64,000 bases of DNA from contig JBFWLW010000008.1 in NCBI GenBank assembly GCA_050251945.1, positions 1 to 64,000 of the forward strand. The letters run 5' to 3'. Within the stretch, counting starts at the first letter, position 1, and each line of letters starts with the position of its first letter. This document shows, piece by piece, positions 47,311 through 57,709 of the stretch. The notes beneath the pieces were generated by a model. The model saw only the letters and a list, made by a program, of their open reading frames with translations. It searched no databases and was not told the DNA's origin. The DNA is from Deferribacterales bacterium. Its GTDB lineage: Bacteria > Chrysiogenota > Deferribacteres > Deferribacterales > Geovibrionaceae. The position numbers were made by a program, and so were the translations under genes.

Positions 47311-48552
47311 TTAAGAAACCTTTTCCTGCCTGTATCCGAAAAGATCCTCAAGCTGATTTAAAAATCTTGTACATTGAAAATAATCGCCCGCTTTGATACC
47401 GGTGGGGTATTCTTTGTCGGCTTTGACCTTTATGTCGCTTGTGACACAAACCCTGCCGCCCCTTGCATATGAACAGTCCCCTTTGCCGCAAAGCATACGC
47501 ACGGATGCCGCGCTTCCCTGCGCTCCCCATATAACAGGCTTAAATCTGCATATCTGTCTGAGTCTGCGCGCCATCTCAAGCCCTTTGAATCTGCTTTCCG
47601 CCAGAAACAGTCTGCCAAGGCGTGAAACTGCCGCATCGTCGGCATATCCGGCATCTGCCAGATAATTCATGGATATATGCGCGTCGCCGGACGAAAGGGT
47701 CTTTCCGCCTTTTTCGAGAAGTTTTATAAAAATATGGGCAGTTACAATACTTTTAACGACAGTGTTCTCTGTGTTTGCGGAACCGAAAACAGGCAGAGGA
47801 ATCGGGTTTGAACATATCTCAAGCGCCCTTTTCAATTCATCATCCTTTGCACACACGGAAAGATGTCCCCTGCCGTGTTTCAGCAGTGAATGAAAAATAA
47901 GCGATGCGTTCATAAGTTTTTGTATAGGAGCGGAGTCAGATTTGAGAACAGATACGGACCTCTGCATATTCAGTATCATACTTCCCGTAACTACCGCCAT
48001 TGCCGCCGCATCCTCAAGCAGAGAAGGACTGTTCTGAAGGTCAAGAAGTATCCTCATCCCGTCGCGGACACCCGCAGTTGATGAAAAAAGTTTGAGGAAA
48101 GATGTGTTCACAAGCCCTTCAAAGCGCCTGTCCTTCTGCATCAGCTTTGACGCGAAGATTCCGAAAACCGGATGTTTCTGCGCGGCACCCACCACTACGT
48201 CAGAGACCCTTTTGGCTATATAGTGTCTCGAACCTGTGATTGCCGTGTCCTTGATCTCGATCACGATGGGAGATGTAGCAAAATTTTCATCCGCTCTGTG
48301 CAGACCCAGCAAAAGAGAAATATGCTTAAAAAGCGGGCGGGAACTGTCCAGTATCTTTATCTTTCCCCGCGCATCGGTGAGCGTTTCAGCGAGAACTGTA
48401 TCAGTGGAATACATCTCTCTCCCGAATGAACGAAGAAGTGATGAAACAGATTCAACTCCTTCGCTGCGAAGCTTCTCACGAATAACAGATTCCCTTATAC
48501 CGGTTGTGGCAGAAAAATAATCGAAAATGTTTGAATATGTCAGCGTTTCCAT
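47311..48552 (-). CDS. Hypothetical protein
   Basis: 413-codon ORF filling the gap, with SD GGAG before METLT; no family recognised; Cys cluster at the C-terminus. Confidence 0.65.
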   Translation of the reverse strand: METLTYSNIFDYFSATTGIRESVIREKLRSEGVESVSSLLRSFGREMYSTDTVLAETLTDARGKIKILDSSRPLFKHISLLLGLHRADENFATSPIVIEIKDTAITGSRHYIAKRVSDVVVGAAQKHPVFGIFASKLMQKDRRFEGLVNTSFLKLFSSTAGVRDGMRILLDLQNSPSLLEDAAAMAVVTGSMILNMQRSVSVLKSDSAPIQKLMNASLIFHSLLKHGRGHLSVCAKDDELKRALEICSNPIPLPVFGSANTENTVVKSIVTAHIFIKLLEKGGKTLSSGDAHISMNYLADAGYADDAAVSRLGRLFLAESRFKGLEMARRLRQICRFKPVIWGAQGSAASVRMLCGKGDCSYARGGRVCVTSDIKVKADKEYPTGIKAGDYFQCTRFLNQLEDLFGYRQEKVS

Positions 48553-48867
48553 AATAATACTCCGTCTCTCTTGTGTATACGTCATAATATGTGAAATACC
48601 TGAAAAAAAGCCAGATAAATTATGTAAATTTTTGTTGCAAAAGAATTAAGACATAATTAATCTTATAAATAATGTATCGGTTAACAGAATGATATTTCAG
48701 AAAAATACACATTAAGCATATGTTTAACTTGGCAAACTTTTTACATAAAAAAAATTTAAAATCCACCGTCAAAGGAACCTGTCTGCGGCATATTTCGGTA
48801 GATTTTAAACTTTGTAAAGTGTAAAATCATCCATATATTATCTTCAAAACTGAAGGGGAGCTTCAAT

Positions 48868-51771
48868 ATGCTCAGATTATTATTTTCGACACTATTGGCT
48901 GCCGCTTCAATCTTTTCATCTCTGCCCGACGCATGGGCAAAACCGATGTTTACTCAGCAGGAACAGGAATATATAGAAAAAAATAAAGCTGTAATCGTCG
49001 GCGTTGTGAACGACAACGAACCCTACTCCTTTTTCCGTGACGGCGCCGAAAAGGGCTTTTCGGTTGATTTTCTGCACATGATGGAGAAGGAATCGGGACT
49101 GAAATTCAAAATACGCATGGGCAACTGGACGGACATATACAACGCATTCCTCGCCGGACAGATAGATGTCATAGACGAGATATCATACACGAAAGAACGC
49201 GCGGAAAAGATACTCTTCACGGAGCCGTATCACTACAGAAGGACGGTTTTTTTCAAACGTGCTGACGACAGCCGCTTCACGGCACTCTCCCCGCAGGATC
49301 TCAAAGGCAGAAAAATAGGTGTTATCAAAGATATATTTTATCTTCCGGTACTCCGCGAAGCAGGTCTGCATATAGTCGAATATACGAGCTATGCCGACCA
49401 GATGAAGGCTCTCGCCTTCGGCTGGGTGGACGCTGTTGTATTGAGCGATCTTTCAGGCAGATTTATCGCGAGGGAAGTCGGGCTGCCGAACGTTCAGGCG
49501 GTGGGCAATGCCGGCATTAACAAGCTTAAGGACGAGGATTTCAGACTGGGTGTACAAAAAGGAAACCCCGTACTTTTCTCTGTAATTGACAAGACGCTGA
49601 ATTCCATTCCCAAATCCGGGATATCCGATCTGGAAAAGTGCTGGGCAACTTTCAGCGGCAGAGAGATAACAAAGCCGGACAAAATAAAGCTCACGCATGA
49701 AGAGGAAAGCTTCATAAGGTCACATCCCGCTTTTTCTGTGGGTATTATGCCCGACTATTCACCGTTCAGCTTCGTTTCAAACGGCGAGGTCACGGGATAC
49801 ACCCGCTCCCTTCTGGATATCATCAGCAGACAGACAGGCATAACCTTCCTCTATTCCGTAAACAACTGGTCGGCTCTTCTGCATAATTTCGGCAACGGGA
49901 AACTGGACGTTATCGCCGACATAACATACACAAAAGAAAGAACAAAATACACGCTTTTCACCGATGAGTATTTCAGGGTTCCCAACGTTATCTTCGTTCG
50001 GGACGATTTCGGCAGATACGAAGGAATAAATTCACTGAAAAACAAGCGCGTAGGGATAATGTCGGATATTTTCTATGAAAAAAACCTGAACGAGCTGCTT
50101 GAAAAACCTGCAAAGAAATATCTTTCTCAGGACGAGATGATGCGGGATCTCGCATTCGGAAATCTGGATGCGGTGATAACCGCCATCAACGCAGGAAACA
50201 ACGTCATAAAAAAATATACGCTGGTAAATCTGAAAATAGCCGAAGCTTTCAGAACTCAGGAAATAAACATGGAAGATCTGCGCTTCGGAGTAAACCCGAA
50301 GTATCCGCTTCTGTACTCCGTAATGAAAAAAGCAATGTTAAGCATCGAACCCGAAGAGAAATTACAGCTTGAAAACCAGTGGCTGACCGCCAAAGCACCG
50401 GAAACGGAAAACCCGCGCAATCTTTTCACCGAAGACGAGATACGTTATCTGAAAGATAAAAAAGTGATCCGCATGTGTGTCGATCCCGACTGGATGCCTT
50501 TTGAACAGCTTAAGAACGGGAAGAAGCATATGGGTATAGCTGCGGACTTCTTCGCACTGATACGCCCGAAGCTCCCTGCAAAACTGGTTATAGTTCCCAC
50601 TGCATCGTGGGAAGAAACACTGCTGGCGGTTAAAAGCCGTAAGTGCGACATCCTCTCCCTCGCCATGCAAACCGAAGAGCGAAGCAAGTATCTCAATTTC
50701 ACAAAACCTTATCTCATAGTACCCAACGTAATAGCCACGTCGGTTAACGAACCCTTCATAGACGGATTAGAAAGCGTGATGGACAGGAAATTCGGGTCTG
50801 TCAAAGGTTATGCGATAACTGAACTGCTGAAACAGCAGTACCCTGAGCTTAAGCTTGTGGAGGTCAGCAACGACGAAGAGGGCATCCGCATGCTCCAGCA
50901 GGGCAGAATATACGGCTATATCGGCACAATGCCATCCATAGGCTACCAGCTGGGTCAGCAGAAGATAACAGATATAAAGATATCGGCAAGGCTGCCACGC
51001 GACTGGGAGATGGGCGTTGCCGCCAGGAACGACGAACCCCGGCTTGCCGTCATATTCCAGAAGCTGATAAACACAGTCAGCGAAGCGGAAAAGAATAAAA
51101 TACTCGGCAACTGGCTCAGCATCCGTTACGATCAGCGTATAAATTATGCCCTTCTTACCCGTATCGCGCTGATCGCGGCACTGTTCATTGCCGTCATGCT
51201 CTATTGGAGCACAAAGCTTAAGCGCGTTAACACAAAGCTCACCGAGGCAAACATAAAATTACAGGAATTAAGCGAAAAAGACAGTCTGACGGGACTTTAC
51301 AACCGCAGATACTTTTCGTCGAACGCCGTTCAGGTGTTCGGCACCTGCCGCAGAGAGGGCGTGCGGTTCTCTATGGCAATACTTGACCTCGACCACTTCA
51401 AAAGAATCAACGATACATACGGACACGTCGCAGGGGATATATGTCTCCAGCGCGCGGCGGACGTTATAAAGAGCCATTTCCAGCGGGATAACGATACGGC
51501 TGCAAGATACGGCGGAGAGGAATTTGCCATGTACACTACGGGCGGTGAAGAAACGTCACTCACAACACATATGGAAACTCTCAGAAAGGACATTGAAACC
51601 ATCCGTGTGAATGTTGAAGGAAAAAGCATCAGCATGACCGTCAGCATAGGTGTTTTCAGCCTGATGCCGGACAGCGGCGACACTCTCGACGACGTTGTGA
51701 GAAAGGCGGACGATGCACTCTACAAAGCCAAAGAGAACGGCAGAAACCGCGTTGAAACCTATTCCGGCTGA
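48868..51771 (+). CDS. Diguanylate cyclase with three periplasmic substrate-binding (SBP family 3) domains
   Basis: Three repeats of the P.S...G...G...D..L motif; TM helix; DSLTGLYNRR, RDND I-site and GGEEF. Confidence 0.92.
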   Translation: MLRLLFSTLLAAASIFSSLPDAWAKPMFTQQEQEYIEKNKAVIVGVVNDNEPYSFFRDGAEKGFSVDFLHMMEKESGLKFKIRMGNWTDIYNAFLAGQIDVIDEISYTKERAEKILFTEPYHYRRTVFFKRADDSRFTALSPQDLKGRKIGVIKDIFYLPVLREAGLHIVEYTSYADQMKALAFGWVDAVVLSDLSGRFIAREVGLPNVQAVGNAGINKLKDEDFRLGVQKGNPVLFSVIDKTLNSIPKSGISDLEKCWATFSGREITKPDKIKLTHEEESFIRSHPAFSVGIMPDYSPFSFVSNGEVTGYTRSLLDIISRQTGITFLYSVNNWSALLHNFGNGKLDVIADITYTKERTKYTLFTDEYFRVPNVIFVRDDFGRYEGINSLKNKRVGIMSDIFYEKNLNELLEKPAKKYLSQDEMMRDLAFGNLDAVITAINAGNNVIKKYTLVNLKIAEAFRTQEINMEDLRFGVNPKYPLLYSVMKKAMLSIEPEEKLQLENQWLTAKAPETENPRNLFTEDEIRYLKDKKVIRMCVDPDWMPFEQLKNGKKHMGIAADFFALIRPKLPAKLVIVPTASWEETLLAVKSRKCDILSLAMQTEERSKYLNFTKPYLIVPNVIATSVNEPFIDGLESVMDRKFGSVKGYAITELLKQQYPELKLVEVSNDEEGIRMLQQGRIYGYIGTMPSIGYQLGQQKITDIKISARLPRDWEMGVAARNDEPRLAVIFQKLINTVSEAEKNKILGNWLSIRYDQRINYALLTRIALIAALFIAVMLYWSTKLKRVNTKLTEANIKLQELSEKDSLTGLYNRRYFSSNAVQVFGTCRREGVRFSMAILDLDHFKRINDTYGHVAGDICLQRAADVIKSHFQRDNDTAARYGGEEFAMYTTGGEETSLTTHMETLRKDIETIRVNVEGKSISMTVSIGVFSLMPDSGDTLDDVVRKADDALYKAKENGRNRVETYSG

Positions 51772-53120
51772 TCTGCGGATATCACCCTGTTGCGGCCGCT
51801 TCCTTTCGCAGCGTACAATCTGTCGTCAGCTTTTCTTAAAAGCCCGTCAAGGTTTGTTATGCCTTCGCCGACACCGGTGACACCGATACTCACAGTACAG
51901 CTTATCCTTTCCCCATGGTGTTCCGTAACCGCGAATTCTATACTCCGCCTTATCCTTTCGGAAATATCCACGGCATCCTTCAGACTTGCGTTCGGCAGAA
52001 GGATAACGAATTCCTCACCGCCGATGCGTGCGAAGATATCGTCTTTGCGAAGATGTTTCGCGACAGTGGCTGCGACCATTACAAGGACTTTGTCACCCAC
52101 GGAGTGACCGTATCTGTCGTTTATCTTTTTGAAAAAATCTATATCAAACATGGCTGCGGCAAGCTCCGAACCGTCTTTTCTGCTTTTGGCTATCAGCTGA
52201 GCCCCCTTGTCCTCGAAATAGCGTCTGTTGTAAAGACCTGTCAGCGGATCGGTGGTGGCTAGCATTTTAAGCACTTTGTTGGCGTTCTTAAGCTGAACCT
52301 CAATCTCGTGCTTGGATGTCATGTCGCAAAAGGCTATGACAACACCGCTGACCTTTTCACCATCCTTTATGGGGGTTGCAATGGCACGCACGGGGAATTT
52401 TTCACCGTTCTTTTTAAACAGCCATGTTATCTCATCCGCGCGGGTATTTTTTGACAGCGAGCGGTGGATTATGCAGTCACTCTTTTCATAGATGCTTCCG
52501 TCCTCATGGTGGTGGTGAAACAGAGCGTGGGTCTCTTTGCCTATGACCTCGTGCTCTTCATAGCCGAGGATATGCAGTGCCTCATGGTTTATAAATGTGC
52601 AGTTGCCGTTAAGATCCACACCGTAAAGCCCTTCGCCGATGCTGTTAAAAATAAGCTCCCGCTCTTTCAGACGCTCCATCTCATATATTTCCCTGCGCAG
52701 GTCCTCCTCCGCCTGAACAAGCCGCGTAACGTCTATAACAAGAACCGTCACACCGATTATGTTCCCGTCCTTATAAACAGGCTGATATCTGTCTTCCCAG
52801 AACCTCCCGCCGTAAACCTCTCTTTCGGTGAAACATCCGCCGGAAAGCGCTCTTTCAAAATTACTCTTTGCCCGCTCCTTTTCGTTTGGTACCGAAATAT
52901 AATCCAGTATGCAGGTGCCAAGTTCGATATCGCAGTTCCAAATGGCTTTCATGGCATTCTTGTGACTGAGGGAAAAGGACGTGTACCTGTAATCCCTGTC
53001 CAGCGCGAAGATTATAACCCCGTCGGGATCGGTCATCAGCGAGCGGAACAACAGAATATCGTTGTCTGATACTGTAAAGCCGGTATTGTTTTTTGGTGTG
53101 GCTCCGCCGCTGGTTTTCAT
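51759..53120 (-). CDS. PAS-PAS diguanylate cyclase
   Basis: Two PAS domains; DPLTGLYNRR, RKDD I-site and GGEEF. Confidence 0.92.
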   Translation of the reverse strand: MKTSGGATPKNNTGFTVSDNDILLFRSLMTDPDGVIIFALDRDYRYTSFSLSHKNAMKAIWNCDIELGTCILDYISVPNEKERAKSNFERALSGGCFTEREVYGGRFWEDRYQPVYKDGNIIGVTVLVIDVTRLVQAEEDLRREIYEMERLKERELIFNSIGEGLYGVDLNGNCTFINHEALHILGYEEHEVIGKETHALFHHHHEDGSIYEKSDCIIHRSLSKNTRADEITWLFKKNGEKFPVRAIATPIKDGEKVSGVVIAFCDMTSKHEIEVQLKNANKVLKMLATTDPLTGLYNRRYFEDKGAQLIAKSRKDGSELAAAMFDIDFFKKINDRYGHSVGDKVLVMVAATVAKHLRKDDIFARIGGEEFVILLPNASLKDAVDISERIRRSIEFAVTEHHGERISCTVSIGVTGVGEGITNLDGLLRKADDRLYAAKGSGRNRVISADQPE

Positions 53121-53330
53121 AACACACCTCAATGAGATAAAAATAGTCTGCTTGTTAATTAATATTATACTTGCACAAAAATTAATCAAGCTGTCATGAG
53201 TTTAAAATTTAACAAAGAGGTATTTTTCACATTATGCTTTCACAGGATCGTGCAAAGAATTTGCATAAACCGCACTTACAATATTTAAGTCTTTGACTAT
53301 ATTCTCTATTCAGATAACACGGAGGGATGC

Positions 53331-54482
53331 ATGACTACATTCGACAATTTTAACTATTACAACCCCACGAGGATAGTTTTCGGTAAGGATACCATCGGTT
53401 CGCTGGCAACTCTTATACCCAAAGACAAAAGAGTTCTTTTCATATACGGCGGCGGCTCAATCAAAACCAACGGGGTCTACGCGCAGGTGGCGGATGCCCT
53501 GAAAGAATATACCGTTTTTGAGTTTTCAGGCGTTGAGGCAAACCCTCACTATGAAACACTGAACAAAGCCGTTCAGCTTGTGCGTGAGAACAATATAGAC
53601 TTCATTCTTGCCGTTGGCGGCGGCTCTGTTATAGACGGCGCTAAATACGTTGCGGCGGCGGCGCTTTATGAAAGCGAAGGATGGGACATACTGGAATGGA
53701 AACATATTGTAACTGAAGCACTGCCTATCGGTGCCGTGCTGACGCTTCCGGCAACAGGTTCCGAATCCAACGGCGGTTCTGTCATAACAAAAGCTGAAAC
53801 TCATGAAAAACGTTTCTTCAAGTCCGAAGCGGTATACCCTGTGTTCGCCGTTATGGACTATACCGTCATGACAACACTGAGCGACAGACAGCTTGCAAAC
53901 GGCATGGTGGACACTTTTGTCCACACCACGGAGCAATACCTCACTTGCCCCGTCGACGGCATGGTGCAGGACGGATATGCGGAAGTGCTGCTTCGCAACG
54001 TTGCGGCGCTGGCGAAGGACTGGGGCAACAGACGCACGGAAAGCTGGCAGAAGAACCTTATGTGGACTTCAAATCAGGCACTCAACGGACTCATCGGTCT
54101 CGGCGTTCCGCAGGACTGGGCAACCCACATGATAGGACACGAACTCACCGCCATCTACGGGCTTGACCACGGACAGACACTGGCAATAATCCTTCCCGCG
54201 GTTCTGCGCCAGATGAGACTGCAAAAATCGAAAAAACTTCTGAAAATGGGCAGAAACGTGTTCGGGCTGGAAGGCGCCGCACTCTCTGAAGAACACACTA
54301 TTGATAAAATAGAGGAACTTTTCCGCAGTATCGACGTTAAGCTGACGCTGAGCGAATACGGCATAAAAGCGGATGTCGAGGCTGTTGTGAACGCACTGAA
54401 GAGCCACGGCATGACAGCGCTTGGCGAAACGGGAGCCATCACCCCCGATATTTCGGCATGCATACTGCAAAGAGCGCTTTAA
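53331..54482 (+). CDS. yqhD: NADPH-dependent iron-containing alcohol/aldehyde reductase
   Basis: YGGGSIK, GGGSVIDG, TLPATGSESN and QDWATHMIGHELTA. Confidence 0.9.
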   Translation: MTTFDNFNYYNPTRIVFGKDTIGSLATLIPKDKRVLFIYGGGSIKTNGVYAQVADALKEYTVFEFSGVEANPHYETLNKAVQLVRENNIDFILAVGGGSVIDGAKYVAAAALYESEGWDILEWKHIVTEALPIGAVLTLPATGSESNGGSVITKAETHEKRFFKSEAVYPVFAVMDYTVMTTLSDRQLANGMVDTFVHTTEQYLTCPVDGMVQDGYAEVLLRNVAALAKDWGNRRTESWQKNLMWTSNQALNGLIGLGVPQDWATHMIGHELTAIYGLDHGQTLAIILPAVLRQMRLQKSKKLLKMGRNVFGLEGAALSEEHTIDKIEELFRSIDVKLTLSEYGIKADVEAVVNALKSHGMTALGETGAITPDISACILQRAL

Positions 54483-54492
54483 AAACCAATAT

Positions 54493-54570
54493 AGACTGCT
54501 TCGTCGCAAAACTCCTCGCAGAGACAGCTATACGTCTTCGCGAGGAGCGCCAGCGACGCGGCGATCTGAC
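54493..54570. repeat. REP-like inverted pair, family 1
   Basis: AGACTGCTTCGTCG..CTCGCAGAGAC / GTCTTCGCGAGG..CGACGCGGCGATCT. Confidence 0.8.
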
Positions 54571-54618
54571 TTATTCTTTTCGCTTTACTGATCATACTTC
54601 AATCTGTATTATACCCCC

Positions 54619-54846
54619 ATGAACAACAACGATATACTCCGCCGCATACGCTACGCGATGAACCTTAACGACAACAAAATCCTGAAAATACTGGACATGG
54701 GCGGAAGTCCCATGAAACGTGAGGATATCCCCGCGCTTATGTCAAAAGAAGAAGACGAGAACTATCAGGAAACGTCCGACGAACTTCTGAACGCCTTTCT
54801 TGACGGCTTCATCACATTCAAAAGGGGCGCCAAAGATGATAAATAA
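54619..54846 (+). CDS. DUF1456 (YehS N-half-like) protein
   Basis: MNNNDILRRIRYAM..FLDGFI..KRG. Confidence 0.8.
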   Translation: MNNNDILRRIRYAMNLNDNKILKILDMGGSPMKREDIPALMSKEEDENYQETSDELLNAFLDGFITFKRGAKDDK

Positions 54847-55048
54847 CGATATAGTTAAAAAACTGCGCGTTGCGCTTGAGCTTAAAGACACCGACATCAT
54901 AGAAATATTTGAAATGGGCGGAGCGAAAGTTACAAAATCAGAAGTATCCGCATACTTCCGCAGACCCGACCACCGCAATTTTCAGTCTCTGGGTGATCAG
55001 CATATGCGGAAATTTCTCAACGGTCTCACAAAAAAATATCGCGAGTAA
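54836..55048 (+). CDS. DUF1456 (YehS C-half-like) protein
   Basis: MINNDIVKKLRVALEL..SEVSAYFRRPDHRNF..GDQ.MRKFLNGL; start ATG 54836. Confidence 0.8.
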   Translation: MINNDIVKKLRVALELKDTDIIEIFEMGGAKVTKSEVSAYFRRPDHRNFQSLGDQHMRKFLNGLTKKYRE

Positions 55049-55286
55049 AACTGCTTTCCGGAAAATAATCAAACAACGTTTTGCATGACTATCAAAAAAA
55101 ACCTTTTTCAAGCCTACAACTATTTACAAATATCTGTTTTGAGCCATATTAAAAAATAGCATATTCTATATTCATAAATTAAAACACTATTAGGCGGAAC
55201 ACACCTGCGCAGCGTTCATAAACATCTTGCATTTAAAGAAAAATTGCATGAAATTAGCTCTTTCCGACTAACAGACGAGGTAAGCA

Positions 55287-56141
55287 ATGAGCAAAGTATT
55301 AAAGAAAACTCAGCTTTCGCGCGACGTATTTCAGCTTGTGCTTGAAGCACCTGAAATAGCGAGAGAGAGACGTGCCGGACAGTTCGTCATTTTGCAGGCG
55401 GACAGTGATTACAGCGAGAGGATTCCCCTCACCATTGCCGACGCCGACGAAACGGCCGGCAGCATTACCGTTATCTTTCAGGTTGTGGGCAAATCCACAC
55501 TGAAACTGGCGCAGCTTAATGCGGGAGATGTTGTGGAGAATGTTCTGGGACCTTTGGGGATGCCCACACACATTGAAAAATTCGGCACGGTTGTATGTGT
55601 CGGCGGCGGTATCGGCGTCGCACCGATGCACCCCATCGCACAGGCGATGAAAAAGGCGGGAAACAAAGTCATCATCATCATGGGAGCAAGGACAAAAGGA
55701 CTTCTCATCCTTGAGGACGAGATGCGAGCCATAGCGGACGAGTTCATAGTCTGCACAGACGACGGTTCATACGGACGCAAGGATCTTGTCACAGCACCCC
55801 TGAAAGAGATATGCGAAAAGGGCGGCGTTGACCTTGCGGTTGCCATAGGTCCCGCGATAATGATGAAATTCTGTGCGGAAACCACACGCCCGTTCGGAGT
55901 GAAAACTTTCGCATCGCTTAACACCATAATGGTGGACGGCACAGGAATGTGCGGCGGATGCCGTGTCACCGTGGGCGGCAAAACAAAGTTCGTCTGTGTT
56001 GACGGACCCGAATTTGACGCGCACGAGGTGGATTTTGACAACATGATGCTCCGCCAGCGCTCATATAAGCCGCAGGAACAGGATGCAAACCATAAATGCC
56101 GTCTTCAGGAGGCGGTGGAACAACTTCAGGAGCAGAAATAA
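55287..56141 (+). CDS. nfnA: Electron-bifurcating transhydrogenase small subunit (NfnA/SudB-like)
   Basis: GQFVI..ERIPLT, GGGIGVAP, TDDGSYG and MVDGTGMCGGCR..CVDGPEFD. Confidence 0.88.
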   Translation: MSKVLKKTQLSRDVFQLVLEAPEIARERRAGQFVILQADSDYSERIPLTIADADETAGSITVIFQVVGKSTLKLAQLNAGDVVENVLGPLGMPTHIEKFGTVVCVGGGIGVAPMHPIAQAMKKAGNKVIIIMGARTKGLLILEDEMRAIADEFIVCTDDGSYGRKDLVTAPLKEICEKGGVDLAVAIGPAIMMKFCAETTRPFGVKTFASLNTIMVDGTGMCGGCRVTVGGKTKFVCVDGPEFDAHEVDFDNMMLRQRSYKPQEQDANHKCRLQEAVEQLQEQK

Positions 56142-57625
56142 TGTCATACATACCCGCAGAAGAACTGCGCAAAGAGGCGCAGGAACTCGTTAATAAGATA
56201 GATTTCTCTGCGCTGAAACCAAAAGACAGGCTTGCCATCCCTATGCAGGAGATGCCCGCACAGGAACCGGAAGTCCGCGCGAAGAATATTCAGGAAGTAT
56301 CCATAGGCTACTTTGAGGAACAGGTCAAACTTGAGGCGGAAAGATGCCTCCAGTGCAAAAACGCGCCCTGCATAAAGGGATGTCCGGTGGCAATTGATAT
56401 CCCCGGTTTCATCAAAGCGGCGGCAGAAGGCGATTATCAGAAGTCAGTGAATATAATCAAAAAGAACAGTATGCTTCCGGCAATATGCGGACGTGTCTGC
56501 CCTCAGGAGACACAGTGCATGGCGGAATGTACCGTGGGCAAATCGCTTAAAGATATGGATAAATCAGTGGCAATCGGACGCATCGAGCGTTTCGTTGCAG
56601 ACTGGGAACGCGAACAGGGCAGGATGTCTCTGCCTGAGATAGCACCCGCCACGGGCAAAAAAGTAGCTGTCATAGGTTCAGGTCCCGCAGGGCTCACGGC
56701 GGCGGCGGACGTGCGCAAGGCAGGACACGAGGTCGTGCTTTTCGAGGCGTTCCACAAGCTCGGCGGCGTTATGATCTACGGTATTCCGGAGTTCCGTCTC
56801 CCGAAGATCATCCTAGACAAAGAAATAGAAAACCTCCTTTCAATGGGAGTGACCATTAAAAAGAACTTTCTTGTGGGACGTACCAGAAAGCTTTCCGACC
56901 TGCTTGAAAAAGACGGATTTGACGCTGTGTTCGTCGGAACAGGCGCAGGGCTTCCCAACTTTATGAACATCGAGGGCGAAGGGCTGGTGGGCGTTTCATC
57001 TGCAAACGAATTCCTCACCCGCGCAAACCTCATGAAAGCCTATACACCAGACAAGGCGGACACTCCTATATTTACAGGTAAAAAGACTGCTGTGGTGGGC
57101 GGCGGGAACGTTGCCATGGACGCGGCGCGTATGGCTCTGCGTGTTGGCGCGGAAGAGGTTTACGTTATCTACCGCAGAACGGAAAAAGAGATGCCCGCAA
57201 GGCGCGAGGAGATAGCCCACGCCAAAGAGGAAGGCATAACTTTCCTTTTCCTCACAAATCCGAAACGCATCATAGGCGACAAGGACGGAAAAGTTACGGG
57301 TATCGAATGTCTGAAATACGAGCTGGGCGAACCGGACGATTCAGGCAGGCGCAAACCTGTAGAGATAAAAGGCAGTGAGTTCGTTCTTGATATGGACAGC
57401 GTTATCATGGCGCTGGGCAACTCATCCAACCCGCTCATAAGCCAGACAACGCCTGAGATAAACGTCAACAAATGGGGCAATATCCTTGCAAACGACGACC
57501 AGAAAACTTCAATGGAAAGGGTTTATGCCGGAGGAGACATAGTTCTCGGCGCGGCGACGGTGATTCTTGCCATGGGCGAGGGGCGCAAGGCGGCAGAATC
57601 CATAAACAAACTTTTAGCTGAATAG
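56141..57625 (+). CDS. nfnB: Electron-bifurcating transhydrogenase large subunit (NfnB/SudA, GltD-like)
   Basis: RCLQCK..C..GCP, CGRVCPQETQC, GSGPAG and GGGNVAMD; coupled to nfnA, with no gltB nearby. Confidence 0.85.
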   Translation: MSYIPAEELRKEAQELVNKIDFSALKPKDRLAIPMQEMPAQEPEVRAKNIQEVSIGYFEEQVKLEAERCLQCKNAPCIKGCPVAIDIPGFIKAAAEGDYQKSVNIIKKNSMLPAICGRVCPQETQCMAECTVGKSLKDMDKSVAIGRIERFVADWEREQGRMSLPEIAPATGKKVAVIGSGPAGLTAAADVRKAGHEVVLFEAFHKLGGVMIYGIPEFRLPKIILDKEIENLLSMGVTIKKNFLVGRTRKLSDLLEKDGFDAVFVGTGAGLPNFMNIEGEGLVGVSSANEFLTRANLMKAYTPDKADTPIFTGKKTAVVGGGNVAMDAARMALRVGAEEVYVIYRRTEKEMPARREEIAHAKEEGITFLFLTNPKRIIGDKDGKVTGIECLKYELGEPDDSGRRKPVEIKGSEFVLDMDSVIMALGNSSNPLISQTTPEINVNKWGNILANDDQKTSMERVYAGGDIVLGAATVILAMGEGRKAAESINKLLAE

Positions 57626-57640
57626 CAAAAAATATATGAT

Positions 57641-57703
57641 GAGATTGCTTCGCCTGCGGCTCGCAAAGACGTCTCTGCGAGGACGCAAGGACGAAGCAGT
57701 CTC
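57641..57703. repeat. REP-like inverted pair, family 1
   Basis: GAGATTGCTTCG..CTCGCAAAGAC / GTCTCTGCGAG..CGAAGCAGTCTC between convergent genes. Confidence 0.85.
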
Positions 57704-57709
57704 ATTGTT

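Noticed and set aside
56141..57625. Glutamate synthase small subunit (gltD)
   Set aside because: There is no large subunit, and coupling to an NfnA/SudB-like gene indicates NfnAB.
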